A DNA stretch of 64,000 nt from Kiritimatiellia bacterium (GTDB lineage: Bacteria > Verrucomicrobiota > Kiritimatiellia > SLAD01), in NCBI GenBank assembly GCA_007134735.1, contig SLKG01000082.1:2731-66730 (forward strand), in the 5' to 3' direction. The position numbers were made by a program, and so were the translations under genes. Positions within the stretch are counted from its first letter, which is position 1, and every line of letters starts with the position of its first letter. Positions 1 through 10,704 of this stretch are shown here, piece after piece. The notes beneath the pieces were generated by a model. The model was not told where the DNA came from. It searched no databases and saw only the letters and a program-made list of their open reading frames with translations.

Positions 1-93
1 CGATCCTGCATGCCGCCTTCTGTATACTTCTTGCTGATTCCGTAAAAATAGACGTATTTCTTGCTCGCCCGTTTAGCCGTCATAAGAGAGTCC
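1..93 (-). CDS. 5' end of a gene running off the window edge (first 31 codons; product unknown)
   Basis: ATG at 93 on the minus strand with GGAGAGG Shine-Dalgarno-like sequence 7 nt upstream; open frame to position 1 (MTAKRASKKYVYFYGISKKYTEGGMQD...). Confidence 0.3.
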
Positions 94-220
94 TCTCCTG
101 CGTATGGTTGATTGGTCTACTGGTTAGAAACCGCCACAGGGTATCAGACAAATGCATGCTGTCAAGCGTATGAAGCGGCCCTGGTATGAAACAGCCCTGA
201 TCGGGACGGTATGGGTTTTG

Positions 221-1456
221 TCATGCGGACCGACTGCGCTCTTCTTCCTTTCGCTCAATTTCCGCCTGATCGGCCGCCGTGGTCACTTCCACCGCCACAA
301 GGCAAATATCGTCCAGTACCGGTTCATCCCCGGTAAATTCCGCTATGGCTTTCATGACCCCGTTGAGAATAACCCGTACATCCTTATACATCAGCTTCCG
401 GATCACCTTCTCCAGGCGTTCGTGCCTGAATTCCTCGCCCTCTGAATTGGTGGCCTCATAGACGCCGTCGGTAAAGAAAATGAATACATCGCCATCGACC
501 AGGCGCGCATGCCCGCCGGGATATTCTTCCTCCGGAAGGAGGCCCAGGGCGGCGCCGTGAGAACGCGGCATGGGCAGACGCATGATGCGACCCATGGTCC
601 GGCGCACATGGTAGGGCGACGGATGGCCGGCCGCGGCATAGGTGGCAATCCGGCTCGTCACATCCGGCACAAAATAGAAGGCCGAAGCGAATAGCGGATG
701 TGGAAATCCCTTGAGCAGGGAACAAAACTGCTTGTTCAGTTCCGCAATAAAGTGACGGGCATTTCGGCCATGACCCGACAAATCCCGCAACAACGTTCTG
801 AGCATGGCGGTGATCAGCGCGCTCCGCGCTCCGTGCCCCATCACATCCGCAATAAAAATACCGGCACAATCCGTCGCCAGGGGCAACACGTCAAAGAAAT
901 CCCCTCCCAGCGCTAGGGCCGGTCGATAACAATGATAAAAATCCAATCGCAACCGGCCTTCAAAATGCACTTCCGGGATTTTGGGGAAAGGGCGATTCAA
1001 ATAGGCCTGCTGGAAATCCCGGGCCAATTCAAGATCGCGCTGCACCTCGCGCGCATGGGCGGATATGGCATTCTTCACATCCTCCTCCATGCGCACAATC
1101 CATTTACTCAATTCGGATTCCAGCGATGGCTGGCCGCTCCGACCTTCCTCCTCCATCTCTTCAAAGCTCTTCGACAAAGCGGCCACGCGCACTTCTTCCG
1201 GGGCATGACGCAAGATCCACTCCCCGGCCCGCAAACGTTCGGCATAAGGATCAGCAAACACCGATGCATGGATTTTTCGCACCACACGGACCAACCATAC
1301 AAAAAGGGCGAGACTGACCAGAATGCTCACAAACAACGGCATGTATTGCCCGTGAAACCGCACCCATACCATACCGTTGACCAACACCAGAAATACCAAT
1401 ACGGGGCCAAGCGAAACCCCCGTTATCCACCATTTGATATTCTTCCTGAAATTCAT
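221..1456 (-). CDS. membrane-anchored PP2C-family serine/threonine phosphatase (SpoIIE/RsbU-like)
   Basis: 411 aa; two N-terminal TM helices, coiled-coil linker, C-terminal PPM/SpoIIE domain with DVMGHG and FFTDG metal-binding motifs. Confidence 0.7.
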   Translation of the reverse strand: MNFRKNIKWWITGVSLGPVLVFLVLVNGMVWVRFHGQYMPLFVSILVSLALFVWLVRVVRKIHASVFADPYAERLRAGEWILRHAPEEVRVAALSKSFEEMEEEGRSGQPSLESELSKWIVRMEEDVKNAISAHAREVQRDLELARDFQQAYLNRPFPKIPEVHFEGRLRLDFYHCYRPALALGGDFFDVLPLATDCAGIFIADVMGHGARSALITAMLRTLLRDLSGHGRNARHFIAELNKQFCSLLKGFPHPLFASAFYFVPDVTSRIATYAAAGHPSPYHVRRTMGRIMRLPMPRSHGAALGLLPEEEYPGGHARLVDGDVFIFFTDGVYEATNSEGEEFRHERLEKVIRKLMYKDVRVILNGVMKAIAEFTGDEPVLDDICLVAVEVTTAADQAEIERKEEERSRSA

Positions 1457-1843
1457 ATCCGATACGCTTACACGCTTCGCATTACGCCTCCTGCCCGTCC
1501 GACACGCATCCCCCGCCGCGCTACCTGTTCCACATCAGCACCCCATTCTTCCCGCGCACATCCCCTGTCGATGGAATCCATTATAGCGTCCAAATCGAAA
1601 CCGTACAGTCCTCAAAATGCCCCACCACGCATACACCCTGTCGAACCGCCACGCCCGATTCGGCCTGAAGCACCTATTTTCCCACCACCACCGGCCTTCA
1701 GCCCTTTATTCAAACCCCGCCTACCCATACCCTATATTTTTTAAGATCTGACCCCTTATGGCGCGCACCCCTTGCCCAGCCGCATCAATGCCCCCTTCTC
1801 GCGCCGTACAAACAACACGCAATGAATATCTCCGGGTCGTGGA

Positions 1844-3748
1844 TTATCCCCTGTTTATCCAGATGGACAGAATGGCAATATCAGAGGGATTCACACCGGA
1901 AATTCTAGAGGCCTGGCCTAGATTTTCCGGGTGAATTTTCTTCAACTTTTCCCGGGCTTCATACCGCAACGCACGAATGGCATCGTAGTCCAGATCGAGA
2001 GGGATACGTTGGTGCTCGAGCTTTCCCGCTTTTGCAATTCTCTTTTTCTCTCGATCTATATATCCCGAGTATTTGATATTAATCTCAATTTGGGCGACGA
2101 TTTCCGCATCCAAAGATGTATCGTGACCAGGGAGATCATGATACGCAACACCTTGCCTTCGAAGCATTTGTGACAATGATGCGCCGCTCACCCTCGTTGT
2201 TTCCAGTCGATTAATCTCCTCTTCTATTTCCTTTCTATGACTCTTTGTTTCCAGAATTTCCTCATGTGAACAAATTCCAATCCTCTGTGCATGATCTAAA
2301 AGACGAAAACACGCGTTGTCCTGCCTTAATACAAGCCGGTGCTCAGCTCTCGAGGTGAACATTCGATAAGGTTCATCAGTTCCCTTTGTGACTAGATCGT
2401 CAATCAAAACACCCAGGTATCCCTCATGCCGCGTTATGATGAGCGGCTCCTCGCCACGGATCTTTAGCACGGCATTAACCCCCGCAATAAATCCTTGCCC
2501 CGCCGCCTCTTCATATCCGGTAGTTCCGTTAACCTGGCCGGCAAGATATAGATTTTCAACAAGCATAGACTCAAGCGTATGATAAAGCTGCGTCGGATCC
2601 AGGTAATCATACTCAATGGCATAACCGGGCTTTAAGAATACAGCTCCCTCTAATCCCGGAATCGAATGAATCATCTCCTCCTGGACCTCCTGGGGAAGAC
2701 TGTTGGATGTTCCGTTGGGATAGATTTCAGGAGAAATGCGGCCTTCTGGCTCTATGAAGACATGATGCCGATCCCTGTCTCTGAACTTTACAATCTTATC
2801 CTCAATGGAAGGACAATACCGAACACCCGTCCCTTCGATCATCCCCCCGTACAAAGCGCTGCGACCCAAATTCCTTTCAATGATTTGATGGGTTTGCTCC
2901 GTCGTGTGAGTCAAATAACAGTCAATTTGACGAGTCCCGGGAAACCATGGCTTAAGCGGATTCCCCGATTGTTCCACGTGGAACAATTCATCCGTTGCAC
3001 CCGGTCCGGCCTTTTGTTGTTCCACGTGGAACAACCGCCAATCTCGCTTTGCCGCCCGCGAGAAAAACGGAGGGGGATCATATCCCGGCTGGACTTCCAT
3101 TCGACCGAAATTAATGCTTTCCCGATGCAACCTGGGAGGGGTCCCCGTCTTCAGCCTTCCCATTCGAAACCCCAACTTATTAAATGACTGACTTAATTGA
3201 TACGCCCCTTTCTCCCCAAGCCGACCGCCGGGATAACATCGGTCACCAATGTAGATTTTTCCTCCAAGAAACGTGCCTGTCGCGATTATTACACAGCGGC
3301 CAGCGATTCGAGATCCGCCCTCTGTGATCACACCCCTCACTTTTCCATCTTTTATCCACAGGTTACCAACAAGGACCTCGATAACCTCGATATTGGATGT
3401 CATTTGGATGACAGCCTTGATGCGCTCGGGGTAGGCAGTCTTCTCCGACTGAATGCGATGGGCTTGGACGGCGGGTCCTTTTCGGGTGTTCAGGGTTCGA
3501 AACTGGATTCCCGTATAATCCGCATTCCGAGCCATCTCTCCACCCAAGGCATCCAGTTCGCATACAATATGGGATTTCGCCATTCCTCCGATCGATGGAT
3601 TGCATGACATACGGGCAATGGAATCAAAAGAAGCTGTGACCAGTGCCGTGCGAGCCCCCATGCGCGCGGAAGCCAGAGCAGCCTCACAGCCGGCATGACC
3701 CGCACCCACAACAATCACGTCGTACTCTGTGTCAAGATATTTATTCAT
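1844..3748 (-). CDS. mnmG: tRNA uridine-5-carboxymethylaminomethyl(34) synthesis enzyme MnmG (GidA)
   Basis: 634 aa; N-terminal FAD motif [15 protein letters not shown], conserved [11 protein letters not shown] block, full-length colinearity with GidA; carries a ~28-aa in-frame insertion encoded by two palindromes (see parS features). Confidence 0.95.
   Translation of the reverse strand: MNKYLDTEYDVIVVGAGHAGCEAALASARMGARTALVTASFDSIARMSCNPSIGGMAKSHIVCELDALGGEMARNADYTGIQFRTLNTRKGPAVQAHRIQSEKTAYPERIKAVIQMTSNIEVIEVLVGNLWIKDGKVRGVITEGGSRIAGRCVIIATGTFLGGKIYIGDRCYPGGRLGEKGAYQLSQSFNKLGFRMGRLKTGTPPRLHRESINFGRMEVQPGYDPPPFFSRAAKRDWRLFHVEQQKAGPGATDELFHVEQSGNPLKPWFPGTRQIDCYLTHTTEQTHQIIERNLGRSALYGGMIEGTGVRYCPSIEDKIVKFRDRDRHHVFIEPEGRISPEIYPNGTSNSLPQEVQEEMIHSIPGLEGAVFLKPGYAIEYDYLDPTQLYHTLESMLVENLYLAGQVNGTTGYEEAAGQGFIAGVNAVLKIRGEEPLIITRHEGYLGVLIDDLVTKGTDEPYRMFTSRAEHRLVLRQDNACFRLLDHAQRIGICSHEEILETKSHRKEIEEEINRLETTRVSGASLSQMLRRQGVAYHDLPGHDTSLDAEIVAQIEINIKYSGYIDREKKRIAKAGKLEHQRIPLDLDYDAIRALRYEAREKLKKIHPENLGQASRISGVNPSDIAILSIWINRG
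2970..2985. other. parS-like centromere site (TGTTCCACGTGGAACA), copy 1, inside mnmG
   Basis: Perfect 16-bp palindrome matching ParB-binding parS consensus tGTTNCACGTGAAACa (Pseudomonas-type variant); read in-frame as LFHVEQ. Confidence 0.6.
3018..3033. other. parS-like centromere site (TGTTCCACGTGGAACA), copy 2, inside mnmG
   Basis: Identical 16-bp palindrome 48 bp from copy 1; also encodes LFHVEQ in-frame. Confidence 0.6.
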
Positions 3749-3896
3749 TCTCTCCGGATATCCTGCACCGGCCCCCAGATCGATTTTCTCTCATTCACCA
3801 TCGGGCTTGATGTGATGGTCGGCCGGTTAAACGGGGCAAAGTATATACCAGGTGCGTCATGAAGCAAGCGGCCGGGAAGGGGTCATTTCTAAACTA

Positions 3897-5357
3897 TTAC
3901 TTCCCTATACAGAAGCGCGAGAAAATATGGTCCAGGAGGTCGTCCTGATAGACGCGGCCGGTAACAGAGCCTATCTGTTCCAGCGCCGATCGCATTCGCG
4001 CAGAAGCCAAGGCCGCCATGTCCTCCCGGCCCGCACCCAGCATCTCGCAAGCGGCCCCCATATCCTCTCGGGCCCCCGCAAGAAAACGGCGATGCCGCTC
4101 CGAGATGGTCGCATGCGGCCGGGCGCCCAAATCTAACCGAGACGAAAGCAAACCACCAACTACACCCCTTATCTCGTCAACACCGAAATCCCCAGCAAGA
4201 CAAGCTTCTATGACAGGGTGGGGCGCAAATACCCCTTTATAATGTATATTTCCCAAGTCTATCTTGTTAATTACAATGATACTACGCCCCACCGGAAGAG
4301 ATGAGATCAATGTTTTGTCGGCGGCGTCCAAAGGTTCATTGGCACTGACCAGGTAGATGGGCAGATCGGCGCGGCGCAGGTGGGCGCGGGTCCGGTCGAT
4401 GCCTTCGCGCTCGATATCGCATTCGGAGTCGCGCAACCCGGCGGTATCGACCAAGCGGAGCGGAATGCCGTTGACGACGAATTCCTCCTCGATGGTGTCG
4501 CGAGTGGTGCCCGGGGACGGGGAGACGATGGCGCGGGCGGTGCCGAGGAGCTTGTTGAGCAGGGTGGATTTGCCCACGTTCGGTCGCCCGGCGATGACGA
4601 CCAATGCGCCGTCGCGCAAAAGATGACCCTCATCCCAGGTTGCGATAAGGGATTCTAGGGTTCGTTCTGCTTCGCGAGCACGCCGGACCAGTTCGGGAAG
4701 CACCTGCTCGGGCAATTCATCCTCCGGGAAATCCAGGGTCGCCTCCAGATCGCCGGCCACGAGCATGATCTGATCGTATATCCCGTTGAATTTCCGGCTC
4801 AAGCCGCCCTCCAATTGATCCAGCGCGGCGGTCGCGGCTCGTTCCGAGCGCGCGCAAATCAGATCCAACACGGCTTCTGCCTGTACCAGATCGATCCGGC
4901 CGTTCAGAAAGGCGCGCTGGGTAAACTCTCCCGGTTCGGCGGGTCGGGCCCCCGCGTCCAGCACGCATCGCAATATGCGGCGGGAACACATGGATCCGCC
5001 GTGACCCTGCAGCTCAACGACATCTTCCCCGGTATAGCTATGCGGTGCGCGCATGACAAGCAGGATGGCCTGATCTATAACCTCTTCTCCATCAACGACA
5101 TGCCCAACAACAAAGGTGTTGGCTGATCGAGCGGAGGGCTTGTCACCCTTGCAAATGAAAACCTGATCGGCAACGCCGAGGGCTTCCGGGCCGGATATCC
5201 GCACGATGGAAATCCCCGCCTCGCCCGGCGCTGTCGCAATAGCCGCGATGGTGTCGTCCGGCACGTGGGGCGCATTGGGGACAGGTACCTCGCTGGGGAT
5301 GGGGACAGAGGACGGCTGGACAGATGGACGGTTGGACGGATGAGTATCAGGGTTCAT
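3897..5357 (-). CDS. mnmE: tRNA modification GTPase MnmE (TrmE)
   Basis: G-domain P-loop GRPNVGKSTL, C-terminal CIGK tetrapeptide typical of MnmE; operon order mnmE-mnmG. ATG at 5357 gives a 35-aa Pro-rich extension; a GTG at 5265 (HVPDDTIAAIATAPG) would give canonical length, so the true start may be 5265. Confidence 0.9.
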   Translation of the reverse strand: MNPDTHPSNRPSVQPSSVPIPSEVPVPNAPHVPDDTIAAIATAPGEAGISIVRISGPEALGVADQVFICKGDKPSARSANTFVVGHVVDGEEVIDQAILLVMRAPHSYTGEDVVELQGHGGSMCSRRILRCVLDAGARPAEPGEFTQRAFLNGRIDLVQAEAVLDLICARSERAATAALDQLEGGLSRKFNGIYDQIMLVAGDLEATLDFPEDELPEQVLPELVRRAREAERTLESLIATWDEGHLLRDGALVVIAGRPNVGKSTLLNKLLGTARAIVSPSPGTTRDTIEEEFVVNGIPLRLVDTAGLRDSECDIEREGIDRTRAHLRRADLPIYLVSANEPLDAADKTLISSLPVGRSIIVINKIDLGNIHYKGVFAPHPVIEACLAGDFGVDEIRGVVGGLLSSRLDLGARPHATISERHRRFLAGAREDMGAACEMLGAGREDMAALASARMRSALEQIGSVTGRVYQDDLLDHIFSRFCIGK

Positions 5358-5444
5358 AAGGGATATATTGAAACCAATTCGGCGAAAAACAAGCGTTTAC
5401 GGGCTCTGCAGTGGTACCTGTCCCCCAAGTCCGTGACCTGAATC

Positions 5445-6362
5445 TTACGGGCGATGCCGGCGCCAATCAAAATCATGGGCTTTTTCGGGAAACCCGGGCG
5501 GGGGTGTATAGTCCGGAGGATAGCTCCCGGTGGCCCGGGCATATTCTTCCATGGCGTAGGGCAGTAATTCGTTCAAGGCCTCGTACCGTTCCCGGCTGGC
5601 GGGATGGGTGGAAAATATATGAGCGCGGTCGCGCCGGTCGCCTTCTTCGTATACGCGCCTCCAGATGCGCGGCGCGGCGCGCGGGTCGTACCCCGCTCTG
5701 GCCATGTATAACAGGCCGAGCCGGTCCGCCTCGTACTCGTTCTGACGGCTGTATGATGGCATCCACAATACGGCGCCCACTACGGAAACGGTGCGTAAAA
5801 TATCGCCCAGCTGCGTGTCTTCCCGTCGGCTTTCCACCCCGATCGCAATCAGTTCGGTCGCCAACTGCAGACCCATCAGCCGGCTCAACCGCTCCGTAAC
5901 ATGCCGCGCGTTGATGTGCGCAATCTCATGCGCCATGACGGCGGCCAGTTCGTCCTCGTCCCGGACCAACCCGATTTCGGGGTCATACAATCCCTCGAAT
6001 ACCATCATGGCTCCGCCGGGTGCCGCGGCGGCATTAACTATATTGGTATGGAATAAAGTGACCTCGTAAGGCAGATCGGGATAATCCGACACGTACGCAA
6101 TACGTTCGGTGATTTCCCTCAATTGCGCCACGCGCACGGGGTCGTCATTGATCCGAACTCCCGCCTTCTTCATTTCCTCAATGTTGGCTTCGCTCACCTG
6201 GCGCCCTAATTCCACGTCGTCCTGCAGTGTATAGAGATTGTAGGTGCGCCGCGCGGTTATCGGGTCCATCGTGGCGCAGGACGCCAGGCTGATCGTCATG
6301 GCGCACAAAATGCCGGTCACCACCATATTCCTGGCCACCGATACGACCGTAAGGGCATTCAT
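5445..6362 (-). CDS. M48-family zinc metallopeptidase lipoprotein (BepA/YfgC-like)
   Basis: 305 aa; lipobox LASC after signal peptide; HEIAH zinc-binding motif with downstream E. Confidence 0.75.
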   Translation of the reverse strand: MNALTVVSVARNMVVTGILCAMTISLASCATMDPITARRTYNLYTLQDDVELGRQVSEANIEEMKKAGVRINDDPVRVAQLREITERIAYVSDYPDLPYEVTLFHTNIVNAAAAPGGAMMVFEGLYDPEIGLVRDEDELAAVMAHEIAHINARHVTERLSRLMGLQLATELIAIGVESRREDTQLGDILRTVSVVGAVLWMPSYSRQNEYEADRLGLLYMARAGYDPRAAPRIWRRVYEEGDRRDRAHIFSTHPASRERYEALNELLPYAMEEYARATGSYPPDYTPPPGFPEKAHDFDWRRHRP

Positions 6363-6512
6363 GGCTGATCACTTCCTGTTTTTAATGGACGATTCACTTT
6401 CCATACTATATCAACGTCCCGAATATAAGACGGCATGACCGAAGCGGTTATTCATCCGGAGGCTTTGTACAATACCCCAGGCGTCGCATAGCTCCACTCA
6501 CAAAATATACTC

Positions 6513-9404
6513 ATGACGACCATGTTTACCGATACATTTGAGAATCGGCATATCGGGCCAAGGACGCGGGATCGAGCCGCGATGCTGGAACGTATCGGTG
6601 TCGCCTCGACGGATGAGCTGATCGCCCAGATCATCCCGGAGTCCATACGTCTGCCCGATCCGCCGGGTCTCCCGCCGGCGGAAACCGAGCACGCCTACCT
6701 GTCGCGCCTGCGGTCGGTGGCGGAAAAAAACAAACCCCGGCGCTCCTTTATCGGTACGGGATACCACCCCTGCATCACGCCGGCCGTCGTTCTCCGCAAT
6801 GTGCTGGAGAATCCGGGCTGGTACACCCCCTATACCCCATACCAGGCGGAAATCGCACAGGGCCGGCTGGAAGTCCTGTTTAACTTTCAAACGATGGTCA
6901 CCGGCTTGACCGGCCTGGACATCGCCAACGCCTCCCTGCTCGACGAAGCCACCGCGGCGGCGGAAGCCATGACGCTGATGCACCGGATGCAGAACCGGCG
7001 CCGGAAGGGAACCCTCCGAAACGAACTCTTGGTCTCGGACCGGTGCTATCCGCAAACGCTCGACGTCCTGCGCACGCGAGCCGAGCCCCTCGGGATCGCT
7101 CTCCACATCGTCCCGCTCGAGGAAATGACGTTTTCCGAGTCCGTGTTTGGACTGCTGGTCCAGTCGCCCGACGATCACGGCGCCTTGCACGATCTCCGGG
7201 AACTCTTTACCCGGGCGCGTGAGGCAGACGTGTTGACCGCCGTGGGAACGGATTTGTTAAGTCTAACCCTTGCCGTGCCGCCCGGGGAAATGGGCGCCGA
7301 TATGGCCTTCGGAAACTCCCAGCGTTTCGGGGTCCCAATGGGATATGGCGGGCCGCACGCCGCCTTTCTGGCGACCCGCGAGAAATTGGCGCGGGAGATT
7401 CCAGGGCGGATCATCGGGCGATCCGTGGATGCGCACGGACGCCCGGCCTACCGTATGGCCCTGCAGACGCGCGAACAGCATATACGACGGGAAAAAGCGA
7501 CATCGAACATCTGCACGGCCCAGGCCCTGCTGGCCAATATGGCCGCGCTGTATGCCATGTATCACGGGCCCGAAGGCCTGTGCGCAATGGCCGAACGAAT
7601 TCACCGGCTCGCGCGCTTGTTGGAGGACAAATTGGCAGGCCTCGGTTATGACCGGTCCGTCACGGCGCATTTCGATACGTTACACATCGACCCGGCACCG
7701 GCGGGAGACCGAAAAACGGCCGCTGAAAAAATCCGCGCCCTCGCACTCCAACAGAACATGAATTTCCGTTATTTCGACGACGGACACATCGGTATTTCGC
7801 TCGACGAAACAACCCGGCCGGAAGACGTGAACGATATCGCGGCCGTATTCGCCGAAGCGTCCGGATCGGTACCCGGCGGCAGCGACCGGGAGGAGGCGCT
7901 TCCGGATATCGGTTTTTCCAATGATCTGGTTCGGTCAAGCCGGTATCTCACGCAACCGGCTTTTCATGCGTACCGGTCCGAGACGGAAATGATGCGTTAC
8001 TTGAGACGTATGCAGAACAGGGATCTCGGGCTTGATACCTCCATGATCCCGCTGGGTTCCTGTACAATGAAATTGAGCGCGGCCGCCGAAATGATCCCGG
8101 TAACGTGGCCGGAGTTTTCGAATCTTCATCCGTTTGCCCCGGCCGACCAGGCGGAGGGCTATCATCAGATTTTCCGCGAGCTGGAAAGCGCGCTCGCGGC
8201 AATCACCGGATTGCCGGGTGTGTCGCTGCAGCCGAATGCGGGGGCGCAGGGCGAATATGCGGGGTTGCTGGTCATCCGGGCCTGGCATCGGGATCGGGGC
8301 GAGGGCCACCGAAACGTGGTCCTGATTCCCGCCTCGGCGCATGGCACCAATCCGGCCTCGGCCGTGATGGCGGGAATGAAGGTCGAGGTGGTTGCGTGCG
8401 ATGAACACGGATATGTGGACGTGGAGGACCTGAAGGCCCGGGCGGAGCAACACCAGAAAGCACTGGCGGCCCTGATGATCACCTATCCCTCCACCTACGG
8501 CATATTCGAGGAGCGCATCGGGGAGATTTGCGCGATCGCGCATGCCCACGGCGCGCAGGTGTACATGGACGGAGCCAACATGAACGCGCAGACGGGCCTG
8601 ACGTCCCCGGGACGGATCGGGGCCGATGTCTGTCACTTGAATCTTCACAAGACCTTTGCCATCCCACACGGCGGGGGCGGGCCGGGGATGGGCCCGATTG
8701 CGGTGGCCGAACATTTGACGCCCTATCTTCCGCGCCATGTTGTCGCGTCCGTCGGCGGGGAAAAAGGCATCACGGCCGTATCCGCGGCGCCGTGGGGCAG
8801 CGCCGGCGTCCTGCTGATTTCTCATGCGTATATTTGCATGCTCGGCGCGGACGGACTGACCCGGGCGGCGGAAACCGCCATTCTCAACGCGAATTATGTA
8901 AAGGCTCGGCTGGAAGAACATTATCCCGGGCATTACACGGGCACGCGCAATCGGGTCGGCCACGAATTGATTTTCGATCTGCGCCCACTGACGGAACAAT
9001 CGGATGTGAATGAACACGACGTTGCCAAGCGATTGATGGATTACGGTTTTCATGCTCCGACCGTGTCCTGGCCCGTGCCGGGAACCATGATGATCGAGCC
9101 AACGGAATCCGAATCAAAAGAGGAGTTGGACCGGTTCTGTGACGCCATGATCGCCATTCGGCACGAAATTCAGGCGGTGATCAACGGCGAAGTGGACCGG
9201 GGCGACAATGTCCTGAAACACGCGCCCCACACGGCCATGGAAATCACGTCGGACACATGGAATCATCCGTATTCGCGCGAACAGGCGGTCTTTCCGCTTC
9301 CGTTCGTGAAAGCCAACAAATTTTGGCCGGCCGTCTCGCGTATCGATAACGCTTATGGCGATCGGCATCTGGTCTGCGCGGAACCGCCAGAACATGGGGT
9401 GTGA
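6513..9404 (+). CDS. gcvP: glycine dehydrogenase (decarboxylating), glycine cleavage system P protein
   Basis: 963 aa single-chain P protein; N-terminus MTTMFTDTFENRHIGP typical of GcvP; PLP-lysine region NLHKTF. Confidence 0.95.
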   Translation: MTTMFTDTFENRHIGPRTRDRAAMLERIGVASTDELIAQIIPESIRLPDPPGLPPAETEHAYLSRLRSVAEKNKPRRSFIGTGYHPCITPAVVLRNVLENPGWYTPYTPYQAEIAQGRLEVLFNFQTMVTGLTGLDIANASLLDEATAAAEAMTLMHRMQNRRRKGTLRNELLVSDRCYPQTLDVLRTRAEPLGIALHIVPLEEMTFSESVFGLLVQSPDDHGALHDLRELFTRAREADVLTAVGTDLLSLTLAVPPGEMGADMAFGNSQRFGVPMGYGGPHAAFLATREKLAREIPGRIIGRSVDAHGRPAYRMALQTREQHIRREKATSNICTAQALLANMAALYAMYHGPEGLCAMAERIHRLARLLEDKLAGLGYDRSVTAHFDTLHIDPAPAGDRKTAAEKIRALALQQNMNFRYFDDGHIGISLDETTRPEDVNDIAAVFAEASGSVPGGSDREEALPDIGFSNDLVRSSRYLTQPAFHAYRSETEMMRYLRRMQNRDLGLDTSMIPLGSCTMKLSAAAEMIPVTWPEFSNLHPFAPADQAEGYHQIFRELESALAAITGLPGVSLQPNAGAQGEYAGLLVIRAWHRDRGEGHRNVVLIPASAHGTNPASAVMAGMKVEVVACDEHGYVDVEDLKARAEQHQKALAALMITYPSTYGIFEERIGEICAIAHAHGAQVYMDGANMNAQTGLTSPGRIGADVCHLNLHKTFAIPHGGGGPGMGPIAVAEHLTPYLPRHVVASVGGEKGITAVSAAPWGSAGVLLISHAYICMLGADGLTRAAETAILNANYVKARLEEHYPGHYTGTRNRVGHELIFDLRPLTEQSDVNEHDVAKRLMDYGFHAPTVSWPVPGTMMIEPTESESKEELDRFCDAMIAIRHEIQAVINGEVDRGDNVLKHAPHTAMEITSDTWNHPYSREQAVFPLPFVKANKFWPAVSRIDNAYGDRHLVCAEPPEHGV

Positions 9405-9426
9405 CGGACTAAATCAATCCACCCCG

Positions 9427-9447
9427 GCGGTCGCAGCGCGACCGCCC
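9427..9447 (+). terminator. GC-rich stem-loop downstream of gcvP (possible terminator, weak T-tract)
   Basis: ggcggtcgc-agc-gcgaccgcc perfect 9-bp stem 23 nt after gcvP stop; followed by second inverted repeat cgccctacc...ggtagggcg. Confidence 0.3.
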
Positions 9448-9572
9448 TACCTTTCCCGCGGTTGATTGGGACGGGTAGGGCGGAGCCGCCATGTCACGGC
9501 GTAGCTTCCGAGCAAAGCCGGACGGACCCGCCGGAATACGGAACACTGAATACTAAATACTGAATACCGCCC

Positions 9573-10520
9573 ATGCCCACCGCCCTCATAACGGACGACA
9601 TATTCCTGCAGCACGATACGGGTTGGGGACATCCCGAATCGCCCGCCCGGTACGATGCCGTCATGAAAGCATTGCGCCATGAGGGTCTCCTGGACCGGCT
9701 GTCCCGGATTCCGACGCGTCGGGCGACGGATGACGAGATTGCGTTGTGTCACACGCGTGAGTACATCCGGTTGGCGCGCGAAGAAATCGAGGCAGGTTAC
9801 AGCCAACTCTCCACCGGGGACACGATGGTTTCGCGCCGCTCCCATGAGGCGGCGTGTTACGCCGCCGGCGCCGTGATGTGTGCCGTGGATGCCGTCATGG
9901 AAGGCCGGGCGCGCAACGCGTTCTGCCCGGTTCGTCCGCCCGGTCATCATGCCACGTCCGATCACGGCATGGGCTTCTGTATCTTCAACAACGCCGCTAT
10001 TGGCGCACGACACGCACAGATCCGGCACGGCATCGAGCGCGTTCTAATCGTGGATTGGGATGTTCATCACGGGAACGGAACACAGGACATCTTTTATGAG
10101 GATCCTTCTGTATTCTATTTCAGCACGCACCAGTCGCCGTTGTATCCGGGTACCGGGGCGCCGGACGAAACCGGACGGGGCCACGGGGCAGGAACCACAC
10201 TCAATTGCCCGTTTCCCGCCGGAGCGGGGCGGGATGATATTTTCGGCGCATTCGAGCGGCAACTGGCGCCGGCCATGCAGGCGTTCAAGCCCGGGCTTGT
10301 GATTATTTCCGCGGGATTTGATTCACGCGTGGAGGATCCCCTGGGTGCGTTCAAGCTGACTGATGACGATTTTGCCGATCTTACCCGGTTGATGATGAAG
10401 ATCGCCGCGCGGTATGCGAAGGGCCGCGTGGTGTCGGTCCTGGAAGGCGGATACAACCTGCACGGTCTCGCCTCCGCCTGCGCCGCTCACGTTGGGGCAT
10501 TGATGGTGGAAATGGATTGA
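9573..10520 (+). CDS. histone deacetylase-family protein (AcuC/HDAC-like Zn-dependent deacetylase)
   Basis: 315 aa; HDAC fold motifs (DVHHGNG, GFC.FN, catalytic His pair region). Confidence 0.85.
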   Translation: MPTALITDDIFLQHDTGWGHPESPARYDAVMKALRHEGLLDRLSRIPTRRATDDEIALCHTREYIRLAREEIEAGYSQLSTGDTMVSRRSHEAACYAAGAVMCAVDAVMEGRARNAFCPVRPPGHHATSDHGMGFCIFNNAAIGARHAQIRHGIERVLIVDWDVHHGNGTQDIFYEDPSVFYFSTHQSPLYPGTGAPDETGRGHGAGTTLNCPFPAGAGRDDIFGAFERQLAPAMQAFKPGLVIISAGFDSRVEDPLGAFKLTDDDFADLTRLMMKIAARYAKGRVVSVLEGGYNLHGLASACAAHVGALMVEMD

Positions 10521-10570
10521 TCCGGATTGCGATACCGGCGGAACTGGCGAAGCGGCAGCACATGTAGGGG

Positions 10571-10598
10571 ATTCGCTTGCGAAGCCCGTGCGCAAGCT
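10571..10598. repeat. REP-like hairpin element, family 3 (CATGTAGGGGaTTCGCTTGCGAAGCCCG)
   Basis: Near-identical copy at 12134-12161; imperfect 9-bp stem gggattcgc/gcgaagccc. Confidence 0.6.
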
Positions 10599-10704
10599 AT
10601 GGTAGCCCGCAAACTTTTCGGGTCGGCGTCGCATAGCTCCGCCCTCCACCCTTGCTCAGTTTCTCCTCATAAAGCTCACGCGCATCCCTCATAACGGCCG
10701 TTTC

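Noticed and set aside
932-1744. 270-aa plus-strand ORF (Pro-rich)
   Set aside because: It is antisense to the well-supported PP2C phosphatase gene for most of its length and continues into a C-rich spacer. Its Pro-richness is a composition artefact.
6363-6512. Glycine riboswitch upstream of gcvP
   Set aside because: No tandem aptamer-like conserved GGAGAG...CACCG...GGCGAAGGAG-type core was recognisable. The region is an AT-richer divergent promoter spacer.
7935-9053. 372-aa minus-strand ORF
   Set aside because: It is entirely antisense to gcvP. This is a high-GC artefact with Arg/Gly/Pro-rich low-complexity translation.
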